Assembly (NCBI GenBank): GCA_027031765.1
Contig: JALVPN010000144.1
Span: 1-32,000 of the forward strand
DNA length: 32,000 bases
Direction of reading: 5' to 3'
From: Promethearchaeota archaeon
GTDB lineage: Archaea > Asgardarchaeota > Thorarchaeia > Thorarchaeales > Thorarchaeaceae
Under the pieces are notes generated by a model. That model ran no database searches. It saw nothing but the letters and a program-made list of their open reading frames with translations, and was not told where the DNA came from. Shown here piece after piece: positions 27,346 to 32,000 of this stretch. Every line of letters starts with the position of its first letter. Positions within the stretch are counted from its first letter, which is position 1. The translations under genes and the position numbers were made by a program.

Positions 27346-27469
27346 GGGCGCCACACTGTGACCATGCACTGATGGACAGGCCGCAGGGGACATGGCCACA
27401 ATCGTTGGATAGTGGCCAGTATTACATACAGGATGGGGCGTATGGCGGCACAGGTGGCGTCGGCCCGAC

Positions 27470-27481
27470 AAAAGGTTAATA
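27470..27481 (+). promoter_or_regulatory. BRE-TATA promoter
   Basis: AAAAGGTTAATA lies about 65 nt upstream of ATG 27547, which has an AGGAG SD-like motif. Confidence 0.55.
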
Positions 27482-27546
27482 CAGGGCAAGGCAGAGCAGC
27501 ATATTCACACAATCCACCAACAGGTAAGAAGCCGGCGGTTCAGGAG

Positions 27547-28893
27547 ATGCTCAGCGCTATTTCACTCAAGATATACGAGCTCCGGAAGTACCTAGTGCTG
27601 AGTCTTCTTGTCTCCACAATCGCAATCCCACTGTCAACACTGTTCATCATCCAGCGAGACCGCAACCGGAATGAGATGTATGGGGAGGCATTCTGGATCT
27701 ACGGCTTTGGAGTGTACAACAAGACCGACAACGACCTCATCAGGGAGCTGCCCGACGAGTGGGACTTTGAGAACGCAACCTACAAGCTACCAGAGTACCT
27801 TGGCAACGTGACCTACGAGTATCCGGTCTTCGGTCTGATCTTCTTTGCAATCGCCACATATCTCTATCCCGGGGTCCAGGGATATCAGGGGCTGTGGCTC
27901 AACTTCATCTTGGTACTGGTGTTCAACCTGAACCTCGTCCTAATCTCAATCCTGCTCGGGAACAAAGTGAAGGAGCACATGTGGGCCAAGATGTTCTTTG
28001 TCGGGTACTTCATGTATGGGCTCTTCATGTCTGCTGCCGGTGGCAAGCTTGAGCCCATTGCGGACTGCCTGCTCTTCATGGCGCTGGTGCTGAGAAAGGA
28101 GGGGCAGATGGGAAAGGCAATGTTCACACTCGGCCTCTCAGTGCAGACAAAGATCTACTCCGTAGTAGTGTTCCCCCTGCTGTTCGTAGAGGCCCCTGCC
28201 TCTGCAGTCTGGTTCTTTGTATCGACTCTACTGACTATAGTCCCGTTCGCATTTCTGGGGGTCAACTTCGACTCGCTAGTAGCGCACTTCCTGAACACGA
28301 CCTCATACTCGTCATACATAGTCAATGGACTGTACCCGGGCCTGTTCCTTGCAACACCAGTGCTCGACACCAGCCCCACACAGTACTATATGTGGCCACC
28401 TGCACTAATCCCGCTCATCATCTACGCATCGTTCATGCTCTATACAATCCCGTTGTACCTGCCTGACAGGAAGACCTTCCTTGCCGCTGGCTGGCGGCAG
28501 CGGATTGACCTCCTCAAACCACTGTACATCTACATGACACCTGGAGTCCTCTTTGTGTTCAGGTGGGTAATGCCATGGTATCTGTTCTGGCTTGCACCAC
28601 TCGTGGTCTTGTTTGAGGACGACCGACAGGCAGCGGGATATATGAAGGAGGTCACCATAGTCGGCTTCGCGTACACCTTCGGGGTATTCTGCAATTATCC
28701 GTATTTCATCTCGGGGCCTCTGCCGGACTTCATCAACGAGTTCATCTTCGGGTATCAGACCCTGTTTGCGCTGGTCGCGATTCTACTCGTCACCACGCTG
28801 GGGTACCTTATATGGCGATGGGAATCTGAGAAACGGGAGAGGCGGGCGCGGCTGATACGCGAGGCAGAGGTCAGGGGAGAACTCGTAATCTGA
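27547..28893 (+). CDS. Polytopic membrane protein, GT-C / GT87(DUF2029)-like glycosyltransferase candidate
   Basis: First TM, then a luminal loop ending YEYPV; EPIADCLLFMAL, GLSVQTKIYSVVVFPLL and PWYLFW recall GT87/PIG-M-like GT-C patterns; about 10 TM. Confidence 0.55.
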   Translation: MLSAISLKIYELRKYLVLSLLVSTIAIPLSTLFIIQRDRNRNEMYGEAFWIYGFGVYNKTDNDLIRELPDEWDFENATYKLPEYLGNVTYEYPVFGLIFFAIATYLYPGVQGYQGLWLNFILVLVFNLNLVLISILLGNKVKEHMWAKMFFVGYFMYGLFMSAAGGKLEPIADCLLFMALVLRKEGQMGKAMFTLGLSVQTKIYSVVVFPLLFVEAPASAVWFFVSTLLTIVPFAFLGVNFDSLVAHFLNTTSYSSYIVNGLYPGLFLATPVLDTSPTQYYMWPPALIPLIIYASFMLYTIPLYLPDRKTFLAAGWRQRIDLLKPLYIYMTPGVLFVFRWVMPWYLFWLAPLVVLFEDDRQAAGYMKEVTIVGFAYTFGVFCNYPYFISGPLPDFINEFIFGYQTLFALVAILLVTTLGYLIWRWESEKRERRARLIREAEVRGELVI

Positions 28894-29023
28894 ACTCGCA
28901 TGAGATGATATTGCAGGCCTGACCGGTGGACACGTCAGTGATGTGGGCGATGCGGGCGTGGACATGCCACAGTCACACTGGCCGCAATGTGAGAGGGCCC
29001 ATCAATAGGAGATACAGGCGATA

Positions 29024-29482
29024 TCAGACAGTACCATTTGCATGGTAGTACTCCACAATCCGTCTGCGGATTTCAGTAGATGAGCACAGGTCATTGGTCG
29101 GGAGTCGGGACAACCGGACAACCCGGCTGGGGAGGCCCCCCTCGTCAAACAACCGTTGCAAGGCCTCAATATCCGCGACCTGGTCGTATCCGAGGGCGAC
29201 AATGTCAGGCTTCAAGTCGCGCACAATCTGTGTCCGGTCTTCAGTGTCGTAGCCCAGTACTGCACGGTCAACCACATCAAGTGCTTCCACCAGCTGGCGT
29301 CTCTGTTCTTGAGGGAAGACCGGTGGTGCCCCACGTTCACGTTCTATTGTCTTGTCCAGTGCAATGACGACTACCAGCTCGCCATCGGGCCCAGCGAGTT
29401 CACGGGCCTGCCTGAGATAGGAAAGGTGTCCCGGATGTAGGATGTCAAACTTACCGGCTGCAAGCACACGCTTGGGACACAA
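29024..29482 (-). CDS. ribL: Archaeal FAD synthetase (cytidylyltransferase-like)
   Basis: VLAAGKFDILHPGH (HxGH), LVVVIALD, PVFPQEQRRQLVEALDVVDRAVLG and PDIVALGYDQ. TTG 29482 follows GGGGGTG (ORF track start 29491). Confidence 0.85.
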   Translation of the reverse strand: MCPKRVLAAGKFDILHPGHLSYLRQARELAGPDGELVVVIALDKTIERERGAPPVFPQEQRRQLVEALDVVDRAVLGYDTEDRTQIVRDLKPDIVALGYDQVADIEALQRLFDEGGLPSRVVRLSRLPTNDLCSSTEIRRRIVEYYHANGTV

Positions 29483-29505
29483 CCTGTGCACCCCCTTGTC
29501 ACGGT

Positions 29506-29766
29506 TCAGTCCTCATCGACGGCCAGGAACTCCGTACCTTCATGCACCACTTCGATACGTCGGCGTGTCTTTGTTATCTGACTGACATGTATGATGCCGT
29601 TGATTTCGAGCTGCATCAGTGCTGCGTTGAGTTCGGAGTCACTGGGGTCAGCCCCGAGCTCTTTCTTCAGGGTCCTGCGGAGCTCGTCATCAAGTATAAC
29701 ACCATGCCGCTTCTTGAGGATTGCCACAATCAGGTTCCGCATTGGGATTGCAGACCATGTACTCAT
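29506..29766 (-). CDS. Small winged-helix-like conserved archaeal protein downstream of cdc48
   Basis: LIVAILKKRHGVILDDEL...ELNAALMQLEINGIIHV...RRIEV is a wHTH pattern; tightly packed between cdc48 and ribL. Confidence 0.75.
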   Translation of the reverse strand: MSTWSAIPMRNLIVAILKKRHGVILDDELRRTLKKELGADPSDSELNAALMQLEINGIIHVSQITKTRRRIEVVHEGTEFLAVDED

Positions 29767-29791
29767 CTCATTTCACGTCCCCATCATATTG

Positions 29792-31993
<2,202 letters not shown>

Positions 31994-32000
31994 TCAACCT

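Overview
GC-rich archaeal genomic window, most likely from an Asgard archaeon (Thorarchaeia-like). This is inferred from three Roadblock genes next to an MglA-type GTPase, archaeal RibL, cdc48, BRE/TATA promoters and an Asgard-style reductive dehalogenase; taxonomy was not tested by any search. Left to right: CLC-CBS chloride transporter; a V4R + small GTPase + 3x Roadblock signalling cluster; a merA relic; copA with a PadR-TRASH regulator; an SBP-fused histidine kinase with a degenerate ATP-binding domain; a SAM methyltransferase; a decaying redox patch (frameshifted RLI-ferredoxin-fused reductive dehalogenase, intact stand-alone PAS, frameshifted 2[4Fe-4S] ferredoxin absent from the ORF track, broken acyl-CoA dehydrogenase); two unknown membrane proteins; RNase Z-like MBL hydrolase; short alaS; a C2HC zinc finger-NYN RNase; GlcD-like FAD oxidoreductase; metallophosphoesterase; ArsB/NhaD permease; ahcY with a divergent tandem Lrp; a GT-C-like membrane protein; ribL; a small wHTH; and cdc48, whose conserved N-terminus has no ATG/GTG/TTG start. 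I found no tRNA, rRNA, CRISPR array or mobile element. All family calls come from motif recognition by eye, not from database searches.
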